A stretch of DNA of 64,000 bases from contig CAZCCG010000004.1 of NCBI GenBank assembly GCA_964497535.1, forward strand, positions 15,218-79,217. Direction: 5' to 3'. The notes under the pieces were generated by a model. That model made no database searches, was not told where the DNA came from, and saw nothing but the letters and a program-made list of their open reading frames with translations. Of this stretch, positions 8,342-16,631 are shown piece by piece; position 1 is the stretch's first letter, and every line of letters begins with the position of its first letter. Source of the stretch: an uncultured Gammaproteobacteria bacterium (GTDB taxonomy: Bacteria > Patescibacteriota > Microgenomatia > Levybacterales > UBA12049). The position numbers and the translations under genes were made by a program.

Positions 8342-10081
8342 TTAAATAAGCGTTTGGACTTTCTCCACAATTTCTTCTGCATAGAATGGTCTTCCGTCAT
8401 ATTTTCTCATATTATGGTTGACAGATAAACCTGTCTTTTCACGAATCAGTCCTTCAAACTGTCCGGTAAAATTTTCTTCTAAAATTAAGGTCTTTTTTGC
8501 GTTCTTAATAACTTGTGCTACAACTTCTGAAGGAAATGGATTCATATAGGCAACTTGTAAAAAATTTACGGTTATTCCTGTATCTTTTAATATACGCATT
8601 GCATCTAGAATTGGAAGTTTGGATGAACCAAACGCAAGCAGAGTTATTTGTGCATCAGATGGCCCTTGTAAATCAGGTGAGGAAATCTCCAATGTTGCTT
8701 GGTCCAGTTTTTTGAATCGTTTGGTCATCATTTTCACCCGTACCGTTGCTTCTTCATTGTATAACCCCTTTTCATCATGCTCATCAGAACCTGACAAGCC
8801 AATTCCTCCTTGTTGTCCCGGTATACTACGGGGAGAAACCCCATCATCTGTTAATTCATATCGTTTGTAATCTTGGATTTGTTTTGCCTGATCATCGTTC
8901 AATAATTTCCCTCGCTCAAGCTTAAAAGCTGCAGCATGATCTTTCAATACTGACTCAAGAACCGAAGCATGAGCTTCCATAATATATTTATCAACCAGTA
9001 CGATTACCTGTAACTGGTATTTTTCAGCCAAATTGAATGCCTGCATCGTATAGGTAAAAAGCTCGACCAGATCTCCGGGCGCTACAATAATACGAGGAAA
9101 ATCACCTTGTGCCGCATGCATTACAAACCGCAGATCTCCTTGATCCGTCCATGTCGGCATACCCGTTGCCGGTCCGGGTCTCATACCCATGATAATAACC
9201 AACGGAGTCTCTGTTTGTGCAGCAAGCCCCAGACTCTCTACCATGAGCGAAAAACCACCTCCGCTGGTAGCAACCATACTTCTGGCTCCGGCAAACGATG
9301 CACCCAGAGCCATATTGATTCCGGCAATTTCATCTTCTGGCTCTTTTGCCACAATGTTGTATTTCAATGCATGCGCTACAAGAGTTGTCATAACGCTATT
9401 AATGGGAGTCATGGGGTAAATTGCGGCGAATTTAAGTCCTGCTCGTATTGCCCCCAATGCAACTGCTTCTCCCCCTCCAAGAAGTATTTTTTCTTGAGGT
9501 TTTTTTTCTACCAATGCTTTGCAGGAAGAGGCAAAATGTTGCTTCACGTAATCAAACCCTGCCTTTGAAGTATTTATATTTTCCGCAATGACCGTTTCTC
9601 CTTTTCTGCCAAAAATATCCTGCAAAATTTTCTGTAATACTTCGTAATCAGGATAAAAAAGAGGCAGAGATGCCCCCACAGCGACAGTATTAACCATCAG
9701 ACGATCGGCTTTTACTTGTTGAGTCAACTCAAGAAATGGAACCGCCAACAATGATACCGTTACGGGAAATTCTCCATCTGCAATTTTTGTCATTGCCGGA
9801 TCATAGAGAACAAAAGCATTGGGTGCCAGTTCATCTTTATGCTTATCTATGGTATCTCGATTTAACGCAACCAGAATATCTACCGGCATTTTTTGAGAAT
9901 GTATTTCGACATCCGCAGCTCTGACATAATAAGCATTATGTCCACCCCGAATTAAAGAGGGATATTCCACATAATCAAAAACAGAAAGTCCAAGACGGGT
10001 AAAAATTTTTGACATCATCGTACCTACCGTCATGATGCCATATCCTGCTTCTCCACCAATTAACCACTGAATATCTACCAT
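8342..10081 (-). CDS. korA: 2-oxoacid:ferredoxin oxidoreductase alpha subunit (fused gamma-alpha, two-subunit OFOR type)
   Basis: 579 aa with an N-terminal gamma-like domain followed by the alpha transketolase-like domain. It lies directly upstream of korB. Confidence 0.9.
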   Translation of the reverse strand: MVDIQWLIGGEAGYGIMTVGTMMSKIFTRLGLSVFDYVEYPSLIRGGHNAYYVRAADVEIHSQKMPVDILVALNRDTIDKHKDELAPNAFVLYDPAMTKIADGEFPVTVSLLAVPFLELTQQVKADRLMVNTVAVGASLPLFYPDYEVLQKILQDIFGRKGETVIAENINTSKAGFDYVKQHFASSCKALVEKKPQEKILLGGGEAVALGAIRAGLKFAAIYPMTPINSVMTTLVAHALKYNIVAKEPEDEIAGINMALGASFAGARSMVATSGGGFSLMVESLGLAAQTETPLVIIMGMRPGPATGMPTWTDQGDLRFVMHAAQGDFPRIIVAPGDLVELFTYTMQAFNLAEKYQLQVIVLVDKYIMEAHASVLESVLKDHAAAFKLERGKLLNDDQAKQIQDYKRYELTDDGVSPRSIPGQQGGIGLSGSDEHDEKGLYNEEATVRVKMMTKRFKKLDQATLEISSPDLQGPSDAQITLLAFGSSKLPILDAMRILKDTGITVNFLQVAYMNPFPSEVVAQVIKNAKKTLILEENFTGQFEGLIREKTGLSVNHNMRKYDGRPFYAEEIVEKVQTLI

Positions 10082-10137
10082 ACTAGTAATTCCTGAACCA
10101 ATTATAAACTAAATCCACATGAATTCCAATATAATCA

Positions 10138-10170
10138 AACTATACGCTAAACGCTTATAACTAAACGCTG
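10138..10170. repeat. Copy B of the dispersed ACGCT-unit repeat ('aaactatacgctaaacgcttataactaaacgctg')
   Basis: Seen directly in the spacer between the ferredoxin gene and korA. It is about 94% identical to copy C at 60616. Confidence 0.55.
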
Positions 10171-10248
10171 ATTATTCACCATAGTGTACTTGAAATCATT
10201 TGCATTACGAAGATTCTAATTTAAAACTTTGCGCTTTGAACTTTCAAC

Positions 10249-10521
10249 TTACTGAGGCCAGACTTGTTTTACTTCATTTCCCGCTTCATCAACTTCAACG
10301 ATAATTATTGCGTTCACCGGACATGATTTTGAAGCATTCAGGATATTTTGTTCTGTGTCATTGATATCGGCATAGTTGACAAAATCCGATGTCATCGTGC
10401 CGTCCTTTTTCTTGATAACAGCTTTACCTTCACTATCCAGATCAAATGCCTGAGGAGCTACTGCGACACAACTTGCCGCACCAATACACATTTCTCGATC
10501 AACTTTTACTTTATATGGCAT
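10249..10521 (-). CDS. Small ferredoxin (single [4Fe-4S]/[3Fe-4S]-type cluster)
   Basis: 90 aa with 'MPYKVKVDREMCIGAASCVAVAP' and 'SCPVNAI'. It is adjacent to the OFOR genes. Confidence 0.8.
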   Translation of the reverse strand: MPYKVKVDREMCIGAASCVAVAPQAFDLDSEGKAVIKKKDGTMTSDFVNYADINDTEQNILNASKSCPVNAIIIVEVDEAGNEVKQVWPQ

Positions 10522-10525
10522 AGTT

Positions 10526-10909
10526 TTATGTTAGACAATCTTGAAGTACCGCAAAAGCCAACAGCGCACATTTCTTTCGTGTCTGCGAAACTTCAATTCC
10601 AAGTAAATTCAGCATATCGTTTTCGTTCATTTTTGTCAACTCTGCTTTTGTTTTTCCTTTTACGTGTTCGGTCAAAATTGACGCACTTGCTATAGCGATG
10701 GCACATCCTTTACCCTGAAACGAAATGTTTTTAATCCCTGTGTCCCTCCTGTCCCTTTTTCCCCCTTTGTCCCATTTTATATACAGTTCTATTTCATCTC
10801 CGCAAAAAGGATTTAATTGCGTTGAGGTACTATCAAATACGAACGGTTTTCCATAGTTTTGCGGCTCCCGATAATGCTCCAGAATTTCTTCTTTATATAG
10901 CATGTCCAT
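10526..10909 (-). CDS. sufU: SufU/IscU-like Fe-S cluster assembly scaffold (SUF-type NifU)
   Basis: 127 aa with 'FCGDEIEL', 'GKGCAIAIASAS' and a C-terminal 'KKCALLAF'. That gives three Cys plus an Asp, typical of SufU. Confidence 0.8.
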   Translation of the reverse strand: MDMLYKEEILEHYREPQNYGKPFVFDSTSTQLNPFCGDEIELYIKWDKGGKRDRRDTGIKNISFQGKGCAIAIASASILTEHVKGKTKAELTKMNENDMLNLLGIEVSQTRKKCALLAFAVLQDCLT

Positions 10910-10933
10910 AGGATAGTTATTTTACCATATTCA

Positions 10934-11704
10934 CTACACCTCTATTGTAACTATCAAAGGCAGATGATCTGAGATATCCACTTGAGGCATACAATGCTCT
11001 GCAACCGCAATATCCGAACTTACAAATACCATATCTACCACTGCTGTTGCATACCCCGGATTTTTCTTTTGTTTCATATTAAAAGTAGAAACCAGTTCGT
11101 CTTTAAAAACATTTTTGAGATGTTTTTGGATATTTTGAATCGTTTGGGTAGCCGGACGTAAATTAAAATCTCCTGCCAGAATAACTGAATCCATATCTTG
11201 AATTTGGTCAATAATTGTATTACTCATATGTATCCTCCGCGGGTTATCCCCACCGTCTAATCCCCATATCCCATGAGTATTAAAAAGATGTAAATTTTTA
11301 TGAGGCAATTGGACGATTACATGTTGCAGGTTATGCGGCCAGAAAGTAAAATCTCCATCTTTTTTCGCATTTTCTTCATTTTCACTATATTCACCATACG
11401 GTACATCATAAAAAATTGTTTCTTTTTCTTCCAATGGAAATTTAGAAAAAATTGCGTTTCCCTGATCTACTTTTCCAAAGTCTGCCCTGTCTAGCATCTC
11501 GGCGGCAAAACGTACATAAGGAAGTGATAACTCAAGCTGTAATACCTCAACTGTTCGATATCGCCGCTCCCACTTTGAATTGGTACCGTTATAAACTTCT
11601 TGGAGACAGAGTATATCTGCATTTGCATTTTTTAAAAAATGCAAAAGGTTATCCATGAACCTTCCCCCATGCAAAATATTGAGATTAATTATTTTTAGTT
11701 TCAT
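10934..11704 (-). CDS. Endonuclease/exonuclease/phosphatase (EEP) family protein
   Basis: 256 aa with 'ILCLQEV' at the N-terminus and 'SDHLPL' at the C-terminus. Confidence 0.8.
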   Translation of the reverse strand: MKLKIINLNILHGGRFMDNLLHFLKNANADILCLQEVYNGTNSKWERRYRTVEVLQLELSLPYVRFAAEMLDRADFGKVDQGNAIFSKFPLEEKETIFYDVPYGEYSENEENAKKDGDFTFWPHNLQHVIVQLPHKNLHLFNTHGIWGLDGGDNPRRIHMSNTIIDQIQDMDSVILAGDFNLRPATQTIQNIQKHLKNVFKDELVSTFNMKQKKNPGYATAVVDMVFVSSDIAVAEHCMPQVDISDHLPLIVTIEV

Positions 11705-12398
11705 CTTCTGTTAGCAGATTGTATAAGACAGGAAACAGTTTTTCTTCCCATTTTGAATATTCTTTTGCACTCGGATGGAGACCATCATATGTCTGTAATG
11801 TTCTATCATTTCCCATTTCTTTTGACAAGCCTGTTACATCAACAACCGGTATACTGCGTCTTTGTGCTTCTTCTTTAATAATCTGGTTGAATTGGTTGAT
11901 TTGTACTAGAACAGTATCTTTACCATAATATTTATGCCAAAATGGTGTCACTGAAAAATCAGGAATTGTCAAAAGTACGATCTTATTCTTTTGCGGCAGC
12001 CGTGATTGAATATAATCTAGAATATAAGAAAGGTTTTTTGCAAATGTTTCAGAAGAAACTCCCTGGACTATATCATTCGTACCCAGCATTACCGTAGCAA
12101 TGATTGGATGAGATGAATCAACAACAGGTAATTCAAATTCTATGGCATCTTGTGTTGTATACCCTGTTATCGAAGGATTTGCTACTAATGTAATCGGTAT
12201 TCCCGCAGATTGTAAGTGCCGGGTTACCAGTGATGGGTAATTATGAGCAGTATCAACATTTTGACCAATAGTATATGAATCACCAATTGCGATATAAGCA
12301 ATTGTAGCGTTATTATTTTTTATCGGAACGTTGGGGACTTTCTGCATAACAATAACTACCAGAAATAATACCACTACAATCGTTAGAACTTTACGCAC
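11685..12398 (-). CDS. SGNH/GDSL hydrolase family protein (secreted)
   Basis: 237 aa with a signal peptide and the blocks 'IGDSYT', 'GTND' and 'DGLHPS'. Confidence 0.8.
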   Translation of the reverse strand: MRKVLTIVVVLFLVVIVMQKVPNVPIKNNNATIAYIAIGDSYTIGQNVDTAHNYPSLVTRHLQSAGIPITLVANPSITGYTTQDAIEFELPVVDSSHPIIATVMLGTNDIVQGVSSETFAKNLSYILDYIQSRLPQKNKIVLLTIPDFSVTPFWHKYYGKDTVLVQINQFNQIIKEEAQRRSIPVVDVTGLSKEMGNDRTLQTYDGLHPSAKEYSKWEEKLFPVLYNLLTEDETKNN

Positions 12399-12422
12399 AT
12401 TGAAAGTATACCAAATACTATA

Positions 12423-13196
12423 TTACTGTAGGTTATATTTTTGTTTGAGGTTATACAAAAACCGGTCTTTTACTACAATATCCTGCAATATTTCAAGTTC
12501 CATCTTATCAAATAACTTATCTTTCTCCTCTTTAGATTTTTTAAGCCACGAGTACCACTGTGATTTTTTGAGTGATTGGTAATTAGCGGCAATCCTGATA
12601 ATTGCATTTTCTATTGTCGAATATACGTTGTGTAATTGTTCAACCGAATAGTCTTCTATATGTTCTATTGATTGTTTCTCATGTATTTGAGCCAGTGTTG
12701 CATAATCATGCTTGCGATATGCTATATTAATCTGCTTCATAATTTCTTCCCTGTTTTTTCTATCATCCGGGCTTTGTGCCAAATCCGGATGAAATAAATG
12801 AACTAATTTTTTCCAAAGTTTTTTAATATCTTCTTTTTCTTCTCCCTCAGTTTCCTCAAAAGCACTCATATCAAAAAAGAACGATTCATCGGATTCATCT
12901 GATTTCCTGAATTGTTTCTTTACTTCTTTCAAAGCCTCTTCATAAGACAAACCTTTATCCATAAGACTATTTATCTTTTTATATTGTATGATTTGCAAAT
13001 CCAAAGCATTATCGCGAATATAGTGGGTGCCGACACGCCGGTTATATTCCTGTTGGACTGCGGTAATTCGCATTTCAAGCTCTTCATATTTTTCAGTGAC
13101 GGTAAAAAGAGCTTTTTTACGCTTTTCGATCACTTTTTGCAATCGTTGTTGTTCTTTCTCCAAATCGCTGAGATGAAGTATCAGATTATTTTGCAT
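12423..13196 (-). CDS. J-domain (DnaJ-like, HPD motif) protein with an N-terminal coiled coil
   Basis: 'LWKKLVHLFHPDLAQSPDDRKNREEIMKQINIAYRK' is J-domain-like. I trimmed the start to the internal ATG at 13196, because the 50 codons upstream in the track ORF cover a structured non-coding region. Confidence 0.6.
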   Translation of the reverse strand: MQNNLILHLSDLEKEQQRLQKVIEKRKKALFTVTEKYEELEMRITAVQQEYNRRVGTHYIRDNALDLQIIQYKKINSLMDKGLSYEEALKEVKKQFRKSDESDESFFFDMSAFEETEGEEKEDIKKLWKKLVHLFHPDLAQSPDDRKNREEIMKQINIAYRKHDYATLAQIHEKQSIEHIEDYSVEQLHNVYSTIENAIIRIAANYQSLKKSQWYSWLKKSKEEKDKLFDKMELEILQDIVVKDRFLYNLKQKYNLQ

Positions 13197-13261
13197 ATGA
13201 ATTGTATATGATATCAAAAATGTGGGAAAATAACAAAAAGACAGCCTGAAAACGCAAATAG

Positions 13262-13357
13262 CGCCGAGTGAAAAAGGCGTTCTTGCTGACGAATAGTCAA
13301 AAACTGTGCAATGTACAGTTACTGATATGTATCGATCGGAAACCAATCACTCGGCGC
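13262..13357. repeat. Long-range inverted repeat GCGCCGAGTG ... CACTCGGCGC (10 bp arms, ~76-nt spacer)
   Basis: Seen directly. It lies upstream of the J-domain gene and at the 5' edge of the GC-rich segment. Confidence 0.4.
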
Positions 13358-13830
13358 TTGAAAGCACCTGAGAAAAGAATTGTTAGGCAGGGGAGAGACG
13401 GGGAATATCCCCGCCTCTCCCCACAACCACCCGCAAGAGAAGCGTAGCGATCAGCTCCTGGCGAAGTGGCCGGCCAACGGGGTGAGGGCGGACGAAGTCA
13501 GGCCATGGATCTTTGGCACATGCTGTGCTAACATCGGTACCTCCCCGAAACGACACTCGGGACTACCCCGAGTTGTCAAAAAAACCACCAAGGGTTTGCC
13601 AGAGAAAAGCTCCCGCTAGGCCGTAGCGAGACGGGAGATGTGGCGAAGATGGACGAAACCCAGACCCCCCTGATCAGATCCCAAACCAAATGGGCGAGTC
13701 GCGAGACCGAACCATGTGGTACCCCCCATTAAAACGGATCCGCAGTTTATTCCTGCAAGGGCAGCCCTTTCTCCACACCACCTACAGTCCTAGGTGGCCA
13801 GTGGAAAGAAAAGATAAATAGTTATCTACT
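13346..13830. other. GC-rich, highly structured non-coding segment; candidate large structured RNA or foreign DNA; strand unknown
   Basis: It is ~55-60% GC against a ~36% background. A 14-bp hairpin GGGGAGAGACGGGG-AATAT-CCCCGCCTCTCCCC lies at 13390-13422, with further stems at 13546-13562 and 13777-13798. It holds duplicated modules ('CGTAGCGA...GGCGAAG' twice), and all six reading frames are closed. Confidence 0.35.
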
Positions 13831-14005
13831 CATTCCACCGGTCACACTAAAAAATGGTATACAATTCTTAATAAACTCAACGTGCTAAAAAAAGAGAGGA
13901 ATTATTTATATGGCTGAATTTAGCTCTACAATAACTCCTGCCAAACGAAATACTAACAGAGATGATATACAAAATCAATAACCATTTCTTTGATATAATC
14001 ACGAG

Positions 14006-14500
14006 ATGGAATACAAAAATGTAGTTACAAATTTCGTGAAGGCATGGAATTTTACCAGGTCCGAAACCGTAGAAATCCTGCAGAGTCTCGATGATGATAA
14101 ATTACAGTTTCAACCAAAAGGAGAAAAGTGGCAATCGCTCTATTGGCAATTTGGCTGCATGGGGCGAACCCAGATAGTCTATACGCAGGCAATTATAACT
14201 GGCCGTATGGATTTTTCGCTCTTTCATTCAGACCAACTTCCGAAAAAGAATGATTTTCAGACAAAAGAGCAAATACAGGATTTTTTGGGAAAAGCGAATA
14301 AGGATTGGAGAGAGGCAATTGTATCACGAAGAAAAGAGGAAAATTTTACAGTGAAGTGGCCGGGATTTAACAAACCATTCATTAACCACATAGCAAGCCT
14401 TGCAGAACATGAACGGCTCCATCATGGACAATTGATTTCTTATTTTACAATGGCTGATTTTCAATTACCAAAAATCTTTAAATCAAATTGGGCATTATAA
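14006..14500 (+). CDS. DinB/YfiT-like (DinB_2 superfamily) metal-dependent protein
   Basis: 164 aa with a C-terminal 'SLAEHERLHHGQL' His cluster typical of the DinB family. The gene is AT-rich, and an extended -10 TGATATAAT sits 6 nt before the ATG. Confidence 0.65.
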   Translation: MEYKNVVTNFVKAWNFTRSETVEILQSLDDDKLQFQPKGEKWQSLYWQFGCMGRTQIVYTQAIITGRMDFSLFHSDQLPKKNDFQTKEQIQDFLGKANKDWREAIVSRRKEENFTVKWPGFNKPFINHIASLAEHERLHHGQLISYFTMADFQLPKIFKSNWAL

Positions 14501-14763
14501 CTACCTCTTTAAACGATTGAGCGCCGTGAATTAAAAGAACTTGAGAGATTGTGGTATACAACTGTCACTTCATTATGCAACAACTGTTACGCATTCTCTT
14601 CTGCTCCAATCCACGGCGCAATGGGAACCAAAACATACGAAAATCCTTTCGAAAAAGCGATGGAACACCCACCGGACAGCAAGGTAGGGCTCCTTACCGA
14701 TCCGATGGGTGTCTCCCAAAGCTTTAGCCAGACGGCTGAGTTGCCATCAGGCTACCGGATAGA

Positions 14764-15084
14764 TCAACCGGGACGGGGAGACAGGCCGAGCTGAGTTCTC
14801 ATCTTGGGATCGGACAAGACCACCACGAGCGTAGCGACGAGATACAGAACCACGAGGACTGGGACTGCCGGCAAGGCTAAATTTGCCACTGCCACCCAAG
14901 CCAGGACGGCACCGCCGCCGTAGACCCCGAAGGCTACCAATGCAGGGGTCGAGCCCTTCTCCAGCATGAGAAGCACTACGCCCAAGACAATCATGGGAGC
15001 CAAAAGCGCCACGCCGAGCATGAGCCGGTCGACCAGGAATAAAGAAACCACGTAGGCTGCCAGAGGCACGAGAACTCGCAACAT
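14764..15084 (-). CDS. Small hydrophobic membrane protein (3 predicted TM helices), GC3-rich and foreign-looking
   Basis: 106 aa, rich in Ala, Val and Leu. A consensus SD 'AAGGAGGA' lies 7 nt upstream of the ATG. It is about 60% GC, in sharp contrast to its neighbours. Confidence 0.5.
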   Translation of the reverse strand: MLRVLVPLAAYVVSLFLVDRLMLGVALLAPMIVLGVVLLMLEKGSTPALVAFGVYGGGAVLAWVAVANLALPAVPVLVVLYLVATLVVVLSDPKMRTQLGLSPRPG

Positions 15085-15416
15085 GTTGTTGTCCTCCTTG
15101 GACTGAAACGAACCACGTGCAGCTTCACCTATCCTCCTTTCTCCATGACTCTACGAGTCTTGAATGAAAGTGCCCTGTAGGACCAGGCGAAGAACCGCCA
15201 AGAAAAGACTTATATAAATCTTCTCTTGGCGATTCTCAGCCCGAACACATACCTATCTAAAAGAATTTTCGTAATTGTTAATGTACAGAAAAATTGGCAG
15301 AATAATACAAAACGCATTTTGCTTTGTACTATGGATTGCCAGAAGCATCGTAACAACGGACGAGCAAAAAGAATGTAATTCAGATTACATACTTACAAGT
15401 CATAGAGGATTATAGT

Positions 15417-16631
15417 TTATTTTTCGAGAAATATTTTTTGTGCCTTTTTAATTCCTTTTATCAGATTATCTACATCTTTTTTATCATTATAGAGATAAAA
15501 ACTGACACGTGCTGTCGCCGGTAATCCCAATGTTGTATGCAAAGGCATTGCACAATGATGTCCGGCACGGATACAAATCCCCTCTTCACCTAAAACTTGC
15601 GCAATATCATGAGGATGGATTCCATCAATTGTAAAACTAATAATTCCACTCCTCTTGGTACTAACTTTTGGTCCATATATTCGCATTCCTTCAATCTTTT
15701 CCATACACTCTAAGCAATACGCTATTAGCATTCTCTCCTGTTTTGCAATCGTATCCATTCCAATACTGTCCAGATAATCAATAGCTGCACCCAGACTAAT
15801 AATTCCCGAAATATCAGGAGTTCCTGCTTCAAACTTATCGGGAACCTTAGCAAACGTTGTCTGATCAATTGTAACTTTCCTAACCATTTCCCCACCAAAT
15901 AAAAAGGGAGGCATGTCCTCAAGTAATTTTTTCCGACCATATAAGACCCCTATTCCTGTTGATGCCATCATTTTGTGTCCGGAGAATACCAGAAAATCAC
16001 ATCCCAAATCCTGAACATCAACTTTCATATGAGGGACAGATTGCGCAGCATCTACTAAAACTATTAAACTCGGATTTATCTTTTTACAATCAGCTATTAT
16101 TTTTTTTAATGGATTTATTGTTCCCAAAACATTTGATACATGAGTAATCGCTAATAATTTCGCCTTTTTAATATTTAATATTTTATCTTTAATATCGAGG
16201 AAACCATTATCATTAATACCAATAACTTCAAACAAAACTTGCTTTTTTAAAGCAAGTTGCTGCCAAGGAACAAAGTTACTATGATGTTCCATAATCGTCC
16301 CTGCGATTACATCATCAGGATTTATATTTATATCTCCCCACGTATTCATGACCAAGTTAATTGCCTCAGTAGTATTGCGAACAAAAATAATCTCTGATGA
16401 TTCTGAAGCATTCAGAAATGCTGCAACTTTTTGTCTTACTTCTTCAACTTTTGCAGTAGCTCTCTCAGCAATTGGATAAAGCCCCCGCTTTACATTCGCA
16501 TTATAATTTTTGTAATAGTTCATCAGGGCATCCAAAACTATCTGAGGTTTTTGACTCGTTGCCGCAGAATCCAAATAAACTAACTTCTTATTATTTTTTA
16601 AAATCGGAAAATCGTTTTTATAACTTTTCAT
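15417..16631 (-). CDS. sufS: Cysteine desulfurase SufS (class V aminotransferase)
   Basis: 404 aa with a PLP-lysine region 'SGHKMMASTGIGVLYG'. It is in the suf operon. Confidence 0.9.
   Translation of the reverse strand: MKSYKNDFPILKNNKKLVYLDSAATSQKPQIVLDALMNYYKNYNANVKRGLYPIAERATAKVEEVRQKVAAFLNASESSEIIFVRNTTEAINLVMNTWGDININPDDVIAGTIMEHHSNFVPWQQLALKKQVLFEVIGINDNGFLDIKDKILNIKKAKLLAITHVSNVLGTINPLKKIIADCKKINPSLIVLVDAAQSVPHMKVDVQDLGCDFLVFSGHKMMASTGIGVLYGRKKLLEDMPPFLFGGEMVRKVTIDQTTFAKVPDKFEAGTPDISGIISLGAAIDYLDSIGMDTIAKQERMLIAYCLECMEKIEGMRIYGPKVSTKRSGIISFTIDGIHPHDIAQVLGEEGICIRAGHHCAMPLHTTLGLPATARVSFYLYNDKKDVDNLIKGIKKAQKIFLEK

Noticed and set aside
9107-9568. 153-aa Cys-rich ORF, and several other ORFs of 60-150 aa on the opposite strand inside secF, secD, korA, sufC, the GT39 gene, secA, lysRS and others
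   Set aside because: They are fully embedded antisense to long genes with strong homology. They show compositional bias only, and none has an RBS or promoter.
13380-13619. 79-aa ORF starting with TTG inside the GC-rich segment
   Set aside because: It has no RBS and starts with TTG. It lies wholly within the hairpin-dense region, and its product is low-complexity. I treat the region as non-coding.
14549-14794. 81-aa plus-strand ORF
   Set aside because: It has no RBS and no recognisable domain, and it overlaps the much better supported minus-strand hydrophobic ORF and the GC-rich arm.
13346-15230. RNase P RNA, tmRNA, SRP RNA, group I/II intron, T-box, TPP, SAM-I and B12 riboswitch as identities for the GC-rich segments
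   Set aside because: I looked by eye for the conserved cores. These were GGAAAGUCCGGGCUCC and ACAGAA for RNase P, a T-arm plus tag ORF for tmRNA, GUGCG and domain V for group II introns, AGGGUGGNACCGCG for T-box, CUGAGA...CCUGAUCUGGAUAAUGCC for TPP, and GCCACUG for B12. I found only partial 6-7-nt matches, which is not enough to call any of them.
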